The translations under genes and the position numbers were made by a program. From contig CAXXJV010000001.1 of the NCBI GenBank assembly GCA_963663475.2, positions 352,001-416,000 of the forward strand: a stretch of DNA of 64,000 bases. Reading direction: 5' to 3'. Each line of letters begins with the position of its first letter. Position 1 is the stretch's first letter. This stretch comes from Candidatus Cloacimonadales bacterium (GTDB lineage: Bacteria; Cloacimonadota; Cloacimonadia; Cloacimonadales; JAFGVF01). A model generated the notes under the pieces. That model was not told where the DNA came from. It searched no databases and saw only the letters and a list, made by a program, of their open reading frames with translations. This document shows, piece by piece, positions 48,541-59,400 of this stretch.

Positions 48541-49155
48541 TTACTTAACAAGTCCTAATAAGGCAAGAACTGCCATTCCTATCATTAAGACTCCTGATGC
48601 CTTTCTAATGACTAATTGAAATTTATCAGAAACCAGTTTTTTAAAATGGCCTACTAGATAAGACATTGTTACCCACCAAGAAATTGATCCAAGCATAATC
48701 CCTCCTACAACTGTTGGGATATCAAAGCTTTTATTCTGGGGATCTACAATAATATGAAAGAGGATGAAGATTTGGAGAAAGACAAATATAGTAGGTGGAT
48801 TAATGATTGCAATTAAAAAGGTGTTTCTAAATTCATGGTGTAATTTGGGTGGTTTCTTAGGTTGACCTAAAGATTTCTTTAAAAGTATCCTGAGGCCAAG
48901 CAGGATTAACACTGAAGCAGAAACTATCCTAACTACAAGATTATGTCTTGTTAAGAATTCATCAATTTGCATTACTCCAAGAGATGCTATCAAAGCAAAA
49001 ATAGTATCAGCTGTAGCACTTCCTAAGCCTGCAGCTAAACCATTCTTTCTTCCCTTCTCTAGAATTCTATGAAGAGCATAAAAAGTTATTGGTCCTGAAG
49101 GTAATGAAGTTATTACACCTGTAATAAATGCTTTTATAAATAGTAGTATGTTCAT
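48541..49155 (-). CDS. LysE-family translocator
   Basis: PSGP, GLGSATAD and INP motifs, multiple TMs. Confidence 0.8.
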   Translation of the reverse strand: MNILLFIKAFITGVITSLPSGPITFYALHRILEKGRKNGLAAGLGSATADTIFALIASLGVMQIDEFLTRHNLVVRIVSASVLILLGLRILLKKSLGQPKKPPKLHHEFRNTFLIAIINPPTIFVFLQIFILFHIIVDPQNKSFDIPTVVGGIMLGSISWWVTMSYLVGHFKKLVSDKFQLVIRKASGVLMIGMAVLALLGLVK

Positions 49156-49270
49156 ATTATCTCTTGATTTCTTTCATATTTTATTTGAATAACTAAAATG
49201 CTGATTGACAGATTCTGTAAAGTTTTTTTTTCTTAATGAATATAATAAAATAATGTAAGAGAAGAATAAA

Positions 49271-49543
49271 ATGATAGTTATAGGTATATTTTTTTTAGGT
49301 GTTTTACTAGGTTCAATTGGCAAAAAGTATCAAAGACTATTCTATTATAGTGAGATTTTAACATCTGTGAGTCTTTATCTTTTGCTTCTTTTTTTAGGAA
49401 TTTCAATAGGCAAGAATTCCGAAATTATTGATAATATGGCTTCAATTGGATTAAAGGGATTTTCTTTTGCAATAGCTTCCGCTTTGGGATCTATTATCTT
49501 AATTATCCCCCTCTACCTAATCTTCCCTAAAAAGGACAAATAA
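49271..49543 (+). CDS. LysO/DUF340 family, short subunit
   Basis: LLLLFLGISIG motif. TAATG overlap with the next gene. Confidence 0.7.
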   Translation: MIVIGIFFLGVLLGSIGKKYQRLFYYSEILTSVSLYLLLLFLGISIGKNSEIIDNMASIGLKGFSFAIASALGSIILIIPLYLIFPKKDK

Positions 49544-50148
49544 TGGGAAATTCTTTTAAACTATTATTGATCTTTTTAGCTGGCATTGGCCTAGGGCTAG
49601 TAAATATACTGCCAAGTAATCTTAATATTGATAAGATTTCAGAATATCTGCTTTATCTCCTAGTTTTGAGTATTGGGATAAGTATAGCTAAATCAGAAGG
49701 AATTCTCAAAATAATCAAAACTTATCATTTAAAACTCTTCCTTCTTCCTCTTTTTATTACCATAGGTAGCCTGCTAGCAAGCCTTATATTAGGCTTTTTC
49801 TACTCTGATATATCTTTAAAAGACTCTTTAGGTCTAGGAGCAGGTTTGGGATATTACAGTTTATCTAGCCTCATGATCTCTCAATATGGCTTCAAAGAAA
49901 TTGGAGCTATTGCTCTTATTAGCAATATTATTAGAGAAATCTCAACTTTAATCTTAGCCCCTCTCATGATAAAAGTATTTGGACGATTCTCACCAATAGC
50001 AAGTGCAGGAGCTACTTCTATGGATACTACTCTAGCTGTTATTATGAAATATACAGACAAGGAAAATGCTATAATTTCTATGTTTAATGGGGTAACATTG
50101 AGTATTCTTGTACCTCTACTAATTACTTTAATCTACGAAATTTTATAA
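49543..50148 (+). CDS. Lysine exporter LysO family protein
   Basis: GLGYYSLS, NIIRE and GATSMDTTL motifs. Confidence 0.85.
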   Translation: MGNSFKLLLIFLAGIGLGLVNILPSNLNIDKISEYLLYLLVLSIGISIAKSEGILKIIKTYHLKLFLLPLFITIGSLLASLILGFFYSDISLKDSLGLGAGLGYYSLSSLMISQYGFKEIGAIALISNIIREISTLILAPLMIKVFGRFSPIASAGATSMDTTLAVIMKYTDKENAIISMFNGVTLSILVPLLITLIYEIL

Positions 50149-50189
50149 AAGTAAAATCCAGATTAGCATAAAAAAGACTGTTTCCTTTT

Positions 50190-50275
50190 GGCTCTTTCTC
50201 AAGTAGACTGGAATTCCTCAACCCTAGATAAGGACTTAGGACGGAGTCATTTCCCACTCTACTCGGGAGAGAGCC
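50190..50275. mobile_element. Family G mini-MITE with GGCTCT ends carrying a reversed family D arm
   Basis: GGCTCTTTCTCAAGTAGACTGG and CCACTCTACTCGGGAGAGAGCC ends. Flanks TTCCTTTT and TTACTTGT. A related right end lies at 28024-28046. Confidence 0.55.
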
Positions 50276-50335
50276 TTACTTGTTGATTATATTCTTTGCA
50301 TAAAAACTAATATCTATTAACTTTTATTATATAAT

Positions 50336-50399
50336 CTCATTGATGCAGTAGAGCTAAAGAATATTCTGCTATTCTCAAAGATCTACTAACTTATTTGGG
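50336..50399 (+). mobile_element. Family A MITE, short deleted copy
   Basis: ATAAT duplication, with the right arm well conserved. Confidence 0.65.
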
Positions 50400-50420
50400 A
50401 TAATAAATAATGGAGTTTTA

Positions 50421-51047
50421 ATGAAAATAAAAAATATAATTTGGGATTTTGATGGAACTATAATGGATACTTATCCAGCTATTGCTACTGCAACTTACAA
50501 TATAGCCAAGAAGAATAATATTGAAACTACTTATGACCAGATTCTTAAAATGACCAAAGTCACCCTTCGCTATGCTCTTGAGTTTATAGCTGATAAGACT
50601 TCTAAATCTTACCCTGACCTCTTCCAAGAATATCTACATGAATATGATAACTATGATATATCTAAACTACCTGTCTTTGATAAGGTTGTTGATATCCTAA
50701 CTTTCATAAAAGATCAGGGAGGAAAAAACTATATTATTACTCACCGAGGAAAAGCTTCTCTTATTAAACATCTTCAGGAGAAAAAGCTTGATAACTTCTT
50801 TTCTTACTTGATAACTGGAGATTGTGATTTCCCTAGAAAACCTCAAGCTGATGCCTTTATCTTTCTGCGAGATAAGTATCAATTAAGCAATAAAGATACT
50901 ATTGTAGTTGGAGATAGGTTGCTAGATGTCCAAGCTGGATATGGGGCTGGTTTCAAAGGTATTCTCTATAAAAACCCTAGTGATTTCTCAGGTAAGCTAA
51001 AATCTATCGATGATTACAAAGAGCTATTAGACCTTGTTCAGAATTAG
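50421..51047 (+). CDS. HAD-IA family hydrolase
   Basis: WDFDGT, THR, RKP and VGDRLLD motifs. Confidence 0.85.
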   Translation: MKIKNIIWDFDGTIMDTYPAIATATYNIAKKNNIETTYDQILKMTKVTLRYALEFIADKTSKSYPDLFQEYLHEYDNYDISKLPVFDKVVDILTFIKDQGGKNYIITHRGKASLIKHLQEKKLDNFFSYLITGDCDFPRKPQADAFIFLRDKYQLSNKDTIVVGDRLLDVQAGYGAGFKGILYKNPSDFSGKLKSIDDYKELLDLVQN

Positions 51048-51053
51048 TGAAAG

Positions 51054-52103
51054 TTAAGAAAAAAGACTCCTGAGGTAATCATCATTTTGAGAACTTAGTT
51101 TAACTTTTAGAATATAATAAGGAAGTGAGAAGCTAGGTAAGGATTGTAGTTTTACGTAATCCTTTTCGGTAACTACTAAAGAATTTAACTTATATTTACT
51201 TATAGCTGCATTAATTCTCTCCCGGAAGTTGGGATCTTGGAAATCAAAATGATCTGAGAGTTTGAAGTGCATCTCATAAGTCAAGCCATATGTTCTAGCA
51301 GTCTTTTCAAAACCTTGAGGATAGCCTATACCTGATAAAAGAGCATTTCTCCCCTTATTAACTTCTGCTAAATCAACTTGATTATCATTACTATCATATA
51401 AGCCAATAGGCTGATAGTTAAACTTTAAAATCTCCTTACCTGAGTTAAGCAAGTTCAGGGGGATATGACTTTCATCTAACTGATTCCAAATTATGGCAGT
51501 AACATATTGAAGAGACTTTAGTGATTCTCTTAATAAGCCAGCTGGTAGAACAAAACCATTTCCTAAAGCAAAACCAGAGTTAAAGACTACAAAATCATAA
51601 TCATGTTCTACTCGCAGATGCTGAAAAGAATCATCTAGGATTACATAATCGGTATCTGGATATTCTGATTCTATAAGCTTTAAGGCTTGACTTCTATCTC
51701 TACCCACTACTATGGGGATACCTGGCAATTTCTTAGCAAGCAATAAGGGCTCATCTCCAGCTTTAAGGGCTAATTCAAAGATTTGTTGCTTATTAGAGAT
51801 AAAAACTGTTTTATTCTCATATTCTCCTTTGTAGCCCCTATGTGATACTACCACCTTCTTACCTAAAGATTCTAGGAGATTACAAAGATAAATAGTAAAA
51901 GGAGTTTTACCTGCTCCTCCCGAAACTATGTTACCAATACTAATAACTTTTAGCTTAGATTTATAGGCTTTTTTCAACTTCTTTCGGTACAAGAAACGTC
52001 TTAAGCTTTGTATAGAAGCGTAAAGAAGACTAGGAGCTAAAAGTAGGTATGATAAAAGCGACCTTTTTCTGAGATGCTTATCAATAAAAGTCTGAATATC
52101 CAT
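51054..52103 (-). CDS. lpxK: Tetraacyldisaccharide 4'-kinase
   Basis: IGNIVSGGAGKTP, GDEP, LDDSFQH, PAGLLRE and TEKD motifs. Confidence 0.93.
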   Translation of the reverse strand: MDIQTFIDKHLRKRSLLSYLLLAPSLLYASIQSLRRFLYRKKLKKAYKSKLKVISIGNIVSGGAGKTPFTIYLCNLLESLGKKVVVSHRGYKGEYENKTVFISNKQQIFELALKAGDEPLLLAKKLPGIPIVVGRDRSQALKLIESEYPDTDYVILDDSFQHLRVEHDYDFVVFNSGFALGNGFVLPAGLLRESLKSLQYVTAIIWNQLDESHIPLNLLNSGKEILKFNYQPIGLYDSNDNQVDLAEVNKGRNALLSGIGYPQGFEKTARTYGLTYEMHFKLSDHFDFQDPNFRERINAAISKYKLNSLVVTEKDYVKLQSLPSFSLPYYILKVKLSSQNDDYLRSLFS

Positions 52104-52226
52104 TGCTTATCCTTTTACTAATTATATTTTATAAGTCACTATAAATAATCAGTCATTAATCTGTCAAATAATCAATGAAGAGAAATTATTCTTGCCAAAA
52201 AAATAGGATAAATAATCTAATACAAT

Positions 52227-54593
52227 ATGAAATATTATCAAATAGCCTTAAATATAGATATCGCAAATACATTTACTTATGCAAGTAAAGAGAGTCAAGC
52301 TCTTAACCGAAGGTGCATTGTGCCTTTTGGAAAGACTATTCGAACAGGCATTATTGTAGATGAAGCTAAAGAGATTAATCCCAAAATCAGTTACAAGGAA
52401 ATCATTGAAGTAATTGATAAACAGAATATACTTGCTCCTGATCTATGGAGATTGAGTTTCTGGATGTCTGCTTATTATCACTGTAGTCTCGGTAAGGCTA
52501 TGTTTTCAATGCTCCCCAAGGGAATATCGGTAGAGATACAGACTGAAATCAGGGTAGTAGATGATAAGCTTTTAAAAGACAAGGCAGGATTCCTATTTGA
52601 TATAATAAAGAGTGGTTCTTGGTTTGATTTGAATGAAATCAGAAGTAATTTTTCATCCAAATTAACTTATGCTTTATTAGAGGATCTTGAGAGATTAGCC
52701 TGTATAGAGATTAAAAGAGTTTATGATAAAAAAGTTAAAGTTAAGAAAGCTAACTTTATTTTTTTAGAAGAAGTAGATGAGCTACCAAAGCTTAGTAGTA
52801 AACAAGCAGCTGCTTATGATTTGATTAAGAATAGTGATAAAGTGATTGGTCTTTCACAAATAGCCAAAGACTATTCTTATTCAATTATCAGAGCACTACA
52901 AGAAAAATCACTAATCAAAATTATTCCCCTAGAAGTAAGTGATAATATAGATTTATTGCCAGTTCGAAAAGAAAGAAAAATAGTAAAACTTACTAGTGAA
53001 CAAGCTAGTGTTATTGATAATATTGAAAGAGAACTTGAGAAGTATCAAGTCCACCTCCTCTATGGAATTACTGGAAGCGGTAAAACAGAAGTCTATATAA
53101 GAATAATGGAAAAGATATTGAGTCTAGGTAAAAATGCCCTCTTATTAGTACCAGAAATATCTCTCACACCCCAAGCAGTTGACAGATTCTATAGTGCCTT
53201 TGGAGAAAAGATTGCAATTTTACACAGTCATCTAACTGATAGAGAAAGATTATATGAATGGAAAAGAATAAAGAATCAAGAATGTAGGATTATTATTGGT
53301 GCTAGGTCTGCTATCTTTGCTCCTTTAGAAGATATTGGTTTAATAATAGTTGATGAAGAACATGAAGGTTCATATAAGCAAGATAATAGTCCACGATATA
53401 ATGCCCGTGATTTAGCTGTCATAAGAAGTAAAATCAACAATTGTCCTTTAATTTTAGGTTCAGCCACTCCCTCATTAGAATCTTGGAATAATGCTATTTC
53501 TGGTAAATATGTCCTCAACACGCTACTCAATCGCCCGCAAGGAATATATTTACCACAAGTCCATATAATTGATATGAAAAAGCAGGAGGGAGACTTCTTA
53601 ATATCTCAAGAGTTAATAGAGGCAATTAAGGAAAATTTAGCAAGAAAAGAGCAAACTATTCTTTTCCAGAATAGGCGGGGTTATTCAACCTTCTTACAGT
53701 GCAAAAAGTGTGGAGAGTTAGTAACATGCCCTAATTGTGATATTAGCCTGCATTATCATAGTTATAGTGAAGAAGTAGTCTGCCATTATTGTGGCTATCG
53801 CAAGGCTGTTCCCAGAAAATGTGAGGCCTGTGGTAACTATTCTTTTATGTATGGAGCTGGAGGTACCCAAAAGCTGGAAGAGCAAATCAAGGCACTCTTT
53901 CCTTCTGCCAAGATATTAAGAATGGATTCTGATACGACCAGCAAAAAGAAATCTTATACTGATATGTATGAAATGATGTCAGATGGTTCTATAGACATTC
54001 TAATTGGCACCCAGATGATATCAAAAGGATTAGATTTCCCCAATGTTACCCTTGTTGGAGTTATTTTAGCTGATATAAGTTTGAATCTTCCAGATTTTAG
54101 AGCTTCAGAAAGAGCTTTCCAGTTATTAACTCAAGTAGCAGGACGAGCAGGCAGAGGAGATAAGGTTGGTCAAGTCTATATCCAAACCTATCTTCCAAAT
54201 CATTATGCAATTAAAAATTCAGCTAAACAAGATTTTTTAGCTATGGCAGAAATTGAGCTGCAAATGAGATATAATCTTTTCTATCCACCTCATTTCAGAC
54301 TAGCCAGAATTCTCTTTTCCCATCAGAATGAAAGCACTATTACTAAGCTATTCAACAAACATCAAGGCTTTTTCGATTCCCTCTTTCATAACTATGATTT
54401 TCAAGAACTTAAAGTACTAGGACCTTGTCCTGCTCCTTTAGTTAAAATTAATAATAAATACCGTTATCATGTAATTTTTAAAGGAAAGGACGTAGCAATA
54501 ATCTCTTCGGTGATTAAAGCTTTTAAAGAAGAATTTGCCAAAAAAACTAGTGTTAAAATCGACATAGATATAGACCCATCTTCATTATTATAA
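52227..54593 (+). CDS. priA: Primosomal protein N'
   Basis: GITGSGKTE, DEEH, NRRG, four CxxC pairs and KGLDFP. Confidence 0.97.
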   Translation: MKYYQIALNIDIANTFTYASKESQALNRRCIVPFGKTIRTGIIVDEAKEINPKISYKEIIEVIDKQNILAPDLWRLSFWMSAYYHCSLGKAMFSMLPKGISVEIQTEIRVVDDKLLKDKAGFLFDIIKSGSWFDLNEIRSNFSSKLTYALLEDLERLACIEIKRVYDKKVKVKKANFIFLEEVDELPKLSSKQAAAYDLIKNSDKVIGLSQIAKDYSYSIIRALQEKSLIKIIPLEVSDNIDLLPVRKERKIVKLTSEQASVIDNIERELEKYQVHLLYGITGSGKTEVYIRIMEKILSLGKNALLLVPEISLTPQAVDRFYSAFGEKIAILHSHLTDRERLYEWKRIKNQECRIIIGARSAIFAPLEDIGLIIVDEEHEGSYKQDNSPRYNARDLAVIRSKINNCPLILGSATPSLESWNNAISGKYVLNTLLNRPQGIYLPQVHIIDMKKQEGDFLISQELIEAIKENLARKEQTILFQNRRGYSTFLQCKKCGELVTCPNCDISLHYHSYSEEVVCHYCGYRKAVPRKCEACGNYSFMYGAGGTQKLEEQIKALFPSAKILRMDSDTTSKKKSYTDMYEMMSDGSIDILIGTQMISKGLDFPNVTLVGVILADISLNLPDFRASERAFQLLTQVAGRAGRGDKVGQVYIQTYLPNHYAIKNSAKQDFLAMAEIELQMRYNLFYPPHFRLARILFSHQNESTITKLFNKHQGFFDSLFHNYDFQELKVLGPCPAPLVKINNKYRYHVIFKGKDVAIISSVIKAFKEEFAKKTSVKIDIDIDPSSLL

Positions 54594-54658
54594 AAATATA
54601 TCTTGCCATTATAATAAAGTAATGTTTACATGGCCTCATAACAATAAGTGAGGTAAAC

Positions 54659-56305
54659 ATGGTTTTTCTTATAATAGCATTGTTAAGTTCTCCGCTATTT
54701 GTTCAAGCATATGAAATAGTTTGGAGAACAAATTTTGAGAATGAAGAAGGTTACGGTTATAACGGAGATAATTTATACTTACCTACAGATGAGTGGAGTA
54801 TTGATTTACGGGGAACATCTTTATCTAATCGCTATTACAAAGTAGAAAATGGTATTCTAGAAGGTAAAAGATTTTTATGTTCATACCAACTTAATGACAA
54901 TCTTGAAGGAGTAATCTGGCAGAGTCGAGAAATCTTGCTTAATGCAAATCAAGATTACTATTGTCTTTTTTCTTTAGGAACTTCTAGCAACTGGGATCAA
55001 GGTTATACTGGCTTATTATGTGATTTTATCAAGCTAGGTTATTATGATGATAATCAGAATTATCATCAAGTCTATTTAAAAGACGGTGTAACTAATCGGG
55101 GAAGAATAACTGGTATGATCAGGAATACAAGTTCATGTAAGCTAGTAGTTGAAGTAGATATGAATGCTTATGATGAATTTTTTCATTTAATATCTGCAGG
55201 GATATATAAAGCTACTTCACTGGGTAATTCTTCCGACTTGATCATCAGCAAACTCTGTTCTCCTAGTTTTTTCGAAGGGGATGAAAGATATATCCAAATT
55301 ACTAACATAGGAAGCCAACTTATCGATCTTTCCCACTACAGTCTAGAAGCAATACACAATAATAATGTACTTAAGACTTGGGATTTACAAGGACTGATTA
55401 TCCCTAAAGAAAGTCTGGTAATTGGGGATACTGATGCAGATGATCTTTTCTGTGATATAGGAGACAATACTTGGTCTAGAAAGAATCTTTCTTGGCAAGG
55501 GATAACAACAGACAATGATGGAGCACAATTAGTTAGGGCAAACAGCAAAGAAATAACAGATAAGGTTGTAGGGGTAAATTTCAATAATGGCTATGCAGTA
55601 AGAGATTATTCAGCTCTATTAGCTACTAATGAAACAGATCCTAGCTCTTGGAACTATTATGAGATTGATTCTGCTAGTCAATCATATCCAGGAGTATTTG
55701 ATATTGATCAAAGTCTGCCTGTTGAACTTCTATCAACAAATTTTCAATTCACTGATGCTGGTTTTTCCTTTACTTGGACAAGCCAACAGGAAACTAATCT
55801 TATAGGATATAACCTATATTATTGGTCAAGAGAAGACCTTGCTATGGCAATTAAAGTTAATTCTCACATGATATTTGCCAACAATTCAGTACAATTTAAT
55901 TCTTATTCTTATCCTTTGACTGAACTTGCTAGTTCAGGTTATCTGTGGTTAGAAATAGTTTCCAGCAATCAGGCAAGTATTTTTACTAAAGCCACTTATT
56001 ACAATAAAGATAATTTAGCAGATAATCAAGATGCTCTAGAAATTATAGATTCAGAAATAATAGCAGTCTATCCAAATCCTTTTGGTTTGGGAGCTTTACT
56101 GGAAATTAAGCAAAAACAAGAGGAGATTGAGCAAATTTGCCTTTATAATATTAAAGGTCAATTAGTAGGAGAGGTTACAGTTCAAAAATCTGTTGGTAAA
56201 TATAAGCTTGATAAAGTAACCGCTAACCTAGCTAGTGGAATCTATTTTCTGCAAGTAAAATTTAAAAATTCAGTAATAAATAAGAAACTTATCTTGACTA
56301 AATAA
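54659..56305 (+). CDS. Secreted protein with lamin-tail-like domain and C-terminal sorting domain
   Basis: LIISK...YIQITN...IDLSHYSL, LPVELLS and YPNPF...SGIYF motifs. Confidence 0.7.
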   Translation: MVFLIIALLSSPLFVQAYEIVWRTNFENEEGYGYNGDNLYLPTDEWSIDLRGTSLSNRYYKVENGILEGKRFLCSYQLNDNLEGVIWQSREILLNANQDYYCLFSLGTSSNWDQGYTGLLCDFIKLGYYDDNQNYHQVYLKDGVTNRGRITGMIRNTSSCKLVVEVDMNAYDEFFHLISAGIYKATSLGNSSDLIISKLCSPSFFEGDERYIQITNIGSQLIDLSHYSLEAIHNNNVLKTWDLQGLIIPKESLVIGDTDADDLFCDIGDNTWSRKNLSWQGITTDNDGAQLVRANSKEITDKVVGVNFNNGYAVRDYSALLATNETDPSSWNYYEIDSASQSYPGVFDIDQSLPVELLSTNFQFTDAGFSFTWTSQQETNLIGYNLYYWSREDLAMAIKVNSHMIFANNSVQFNSYSYPLTELASSGYLWLEIVSSNQASIFTKATYYNKDNLADNQDALEIIDSEIIAVYPNPFGLGALLEIKQKQEEIEQICLYNIKGQLVGEVTVQKSVGKYKLDKVTANLASGIYFLQVKFKNSVINKKLILTK

Positions 56306-56467
56306 GATTTAATTATTGTATGTTATAAAAAGTGATTTATCTTGTTTTAAATGCTGTTAAATAAACAATAAGGGAAGATAAAATAAATGAAAATTGTGTA
56401 AAATATTTATTCAGCTCAAGGATAATTGAGTTTATTTATATTTATCAAAAAAAAGAATGAGGGTAGA

Positions 56468-59400
56468 ATGAAAAAACTTATCTTTATAATGCTAATTATA
56501 GCCAATGTGTGGACACTCTTAGCAATAACTAAAGAGGTCATAGATAATGAGTCCCAGTTAATTATAGAAGTAACTAACAATGATTTTAAGATTTCTGATG
56601 AAGGAGATTTTCTTAGTATAACTGCCCCCAATACCTCTTCTGGTGGCCAAGCTGGACAAGCTAATATTCCTTATTATGTCATGCAATTATCTACACCAGA
56701 GAACTTTACTCCGCAAGTAAGTATAAATGTTTTAGAATCCAAAACTATTTCTCTGAGCAAGGCAATTCAACCAATACCTGATGTTGTAAAAGGTAAATCT
56801 ACAAACAGATATATTTATCAACTTAAAGAAGATAAATATAGAGAGAAATTACCTCAAATTCAGATTTCCCCAAATCAAAACTTTAGGTCTATATCTTTTA
56901 CAGAAATCAGATTTAACCCTTTTCAATACAATTATGATAATAAAACTTTGGAAATCATAACAAAAGCTGAACTTATTACTTGGATCCCTAAGTCTAAGAC
57001 TAAAGGCAAGCAGTTAGATAGACTTGAAAATGATTTTGTTACTGGATTAATTCAACCTGAAGAATACCATGTAGCTAAAGTAAAATACCGTGATATAAAC
57101 TTCAGTGATTTTTCTGTGGCTAATCACTGGTATAAAATTGAAGTTGACCAAGACGGTATCCAGGCTCTTACTTATAATAAGCTCCAGGACCTACTTCCAG
57201 TTGATGATATTGACCCAAGGAACTTTAGAATATTTACCACTGGTGGACAGAAGATGTATGAAAAAGAAGCAGATGCTGGCAATCCTTTTAGGGAAATACC
57301 TCTCTTAATTGAAGGTGAAGCTGATGGCTCTTTTGATAATAATGATAGAATTATTTTCTATGCAAGAGATAGAAATGATTATGATTACCTCAGTAAGTTA
57401 AGCGACTTCATGGCTATCAACCCCTATTCTGATAAGGGTATCTACTGGTTAACATTTGATGCTGTTTTAAGCTCCTTGCCCCTAAGAATGGACTATGAAA
57501 CTGATTTAACTTCTCCAAACATTACAAGAAGTAATAATCCCCAATCAAGTAGATATGAAAGAGAGTTTTATAAAAGGCTTCAGACTAATCTTTACTGGTA
57601 TTCAAATTTCTTAACAGGAAGCTCAACTACAACAAATTCCTTTGATTTATCTGTTTCTGATCTTGACCCTTCAGATAATAACGCCAACAGTAGAGTTAAA
57701 GCTGTCTTAATCGAAGAGTATAACGGATCTTCCTATTCCTCTAAAAGACATGAAGCTTATCTGTCCCTTAACAACCTAAAAGTTTCTGATAATAATGTCT
57801 GGTATGGCTACACTTACAAAGAAATCATAGGTCAAGCTAACAATCTTACCAACGGTAATAATAGTGTTTCTGTTACTATTGAAAGAAATAGATCTGATAA
57901 TCTCTATCTTGATTATATAGAAATTCAATACATAATGAAAAATATAAAACACTCAGGCAAGCAATTAGGTATTAATTTTAGAGATGAAGATCTTGGCCAA
58001 ACTATTAGATATTCTGTAGAAGGATCCTTTAGTTCAAATACAAGAATCTTCTCAACTAATGATATCTATGATGTGAAAATGCTTAACTATTCTCTGCAAG
58101 GTAATTCCCTCAGATTCAATGGCTTTACCCCCTTTTCTAACCTTAATAAATCAGAATACTATGTGCCTAAATTCTACGTTACCAACAATGACTACCTTAC
58201 ACCTAATATTGAAGCTGTTGAACCTGTAGATATAATTTCTCAGTCCCTTAATAAAGAAAGTATCATTATTTATCCTAATGACTTCTCTGAGCAAGCCTTG
58301 AGACTTAAAGCTATCTACGAAAATATTTATAATTCACCAACAGTAGCTCTTAACTTGACAGATATTTTCAACCAGTTCTCTGGTGGAATGGATGATCCTA
58401 CTGCTATCAGAAACTTCCTTTCCCATCTCTATAGCTTAGAAGTTGGTAAAAACTTGCATTATGTAACTCTACTAGGTATTGGTACTTATGATTGGAAAAA
58501 CTATAAAGCCTTTTCTGCTGATAAAAATCAAATGATTATCTATCAACAAGGGAACTCCTCAACTAATGATGCTGTAACTTCTGATGACTATTTTGCTTAT
58601 CTTACTCAAAACAGATTCCCTGAACTTGCCATAGGTAGATATCCAGCTAAAAATCAAAATGAATTAAACATGATGCTGGATAAATTTGAAGTATATTCAA
58701 ATAAAGACTTTACTATTGACTGGTGGAGAAATACAGGCCTCTTTGTAGCTGATGATTTGAAAAATGGTACTGCTACAAATGAGACTAGTCATACTGTCCA
58801 GCTAAATCAAGCTATAGATAATGCTCCTCCGTCTCTCATTAATGAAAGAATTTATGCTTATCTCTATGAACCTGACGAGTTTGGTAAGAAACCAAATGCT
58901 CGTAAAGACTTTATTGACGCTATAAATCAAGGAGCGCTTTTAACTTATTACTCAGGACATGGATCTTATGACCAATTAGGTACTGAGGCTTATTTCCGCC
59001 AAGGTATTGACACTCCCCTCCTCACAAACGACCTAAAAAGAACTTTCTTTATATCAGCAGCTTGTGATGTTTCTCAGTTCGATAGTCCTGACTTTGATTG
59101 TTTATCTTCTGATCTACTCAAATATGATGCTGGCGGTGCTATTGCAACTTATGGATCTACCAGACTTTGTTACATTCCAAACAATAATATTATGGTAGGA
59201 AATCTCCTATATTTTGCTTTAGATAATAGACATGATATTGGTACTGCTATTATGCTATCAAAGACAAGAGAAACATCTTCAGATTCTAATACCATAAACC
59301 AATCTAAATATATACTCTTTGGAGATCCCCATCTGGAAATAACCCCTCCTGAAAGCAGAAATAATATTGTATTTGAAAATAATACAAACTCTTTCAAAGC

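Noticed and set aside
49271-50148. LysO pair as a frameshifted pseudogene
   Set aside because: Clean TAATG coupling with an AAGGA RBS. Two-gene LysO/DUF340 arrangements are known.
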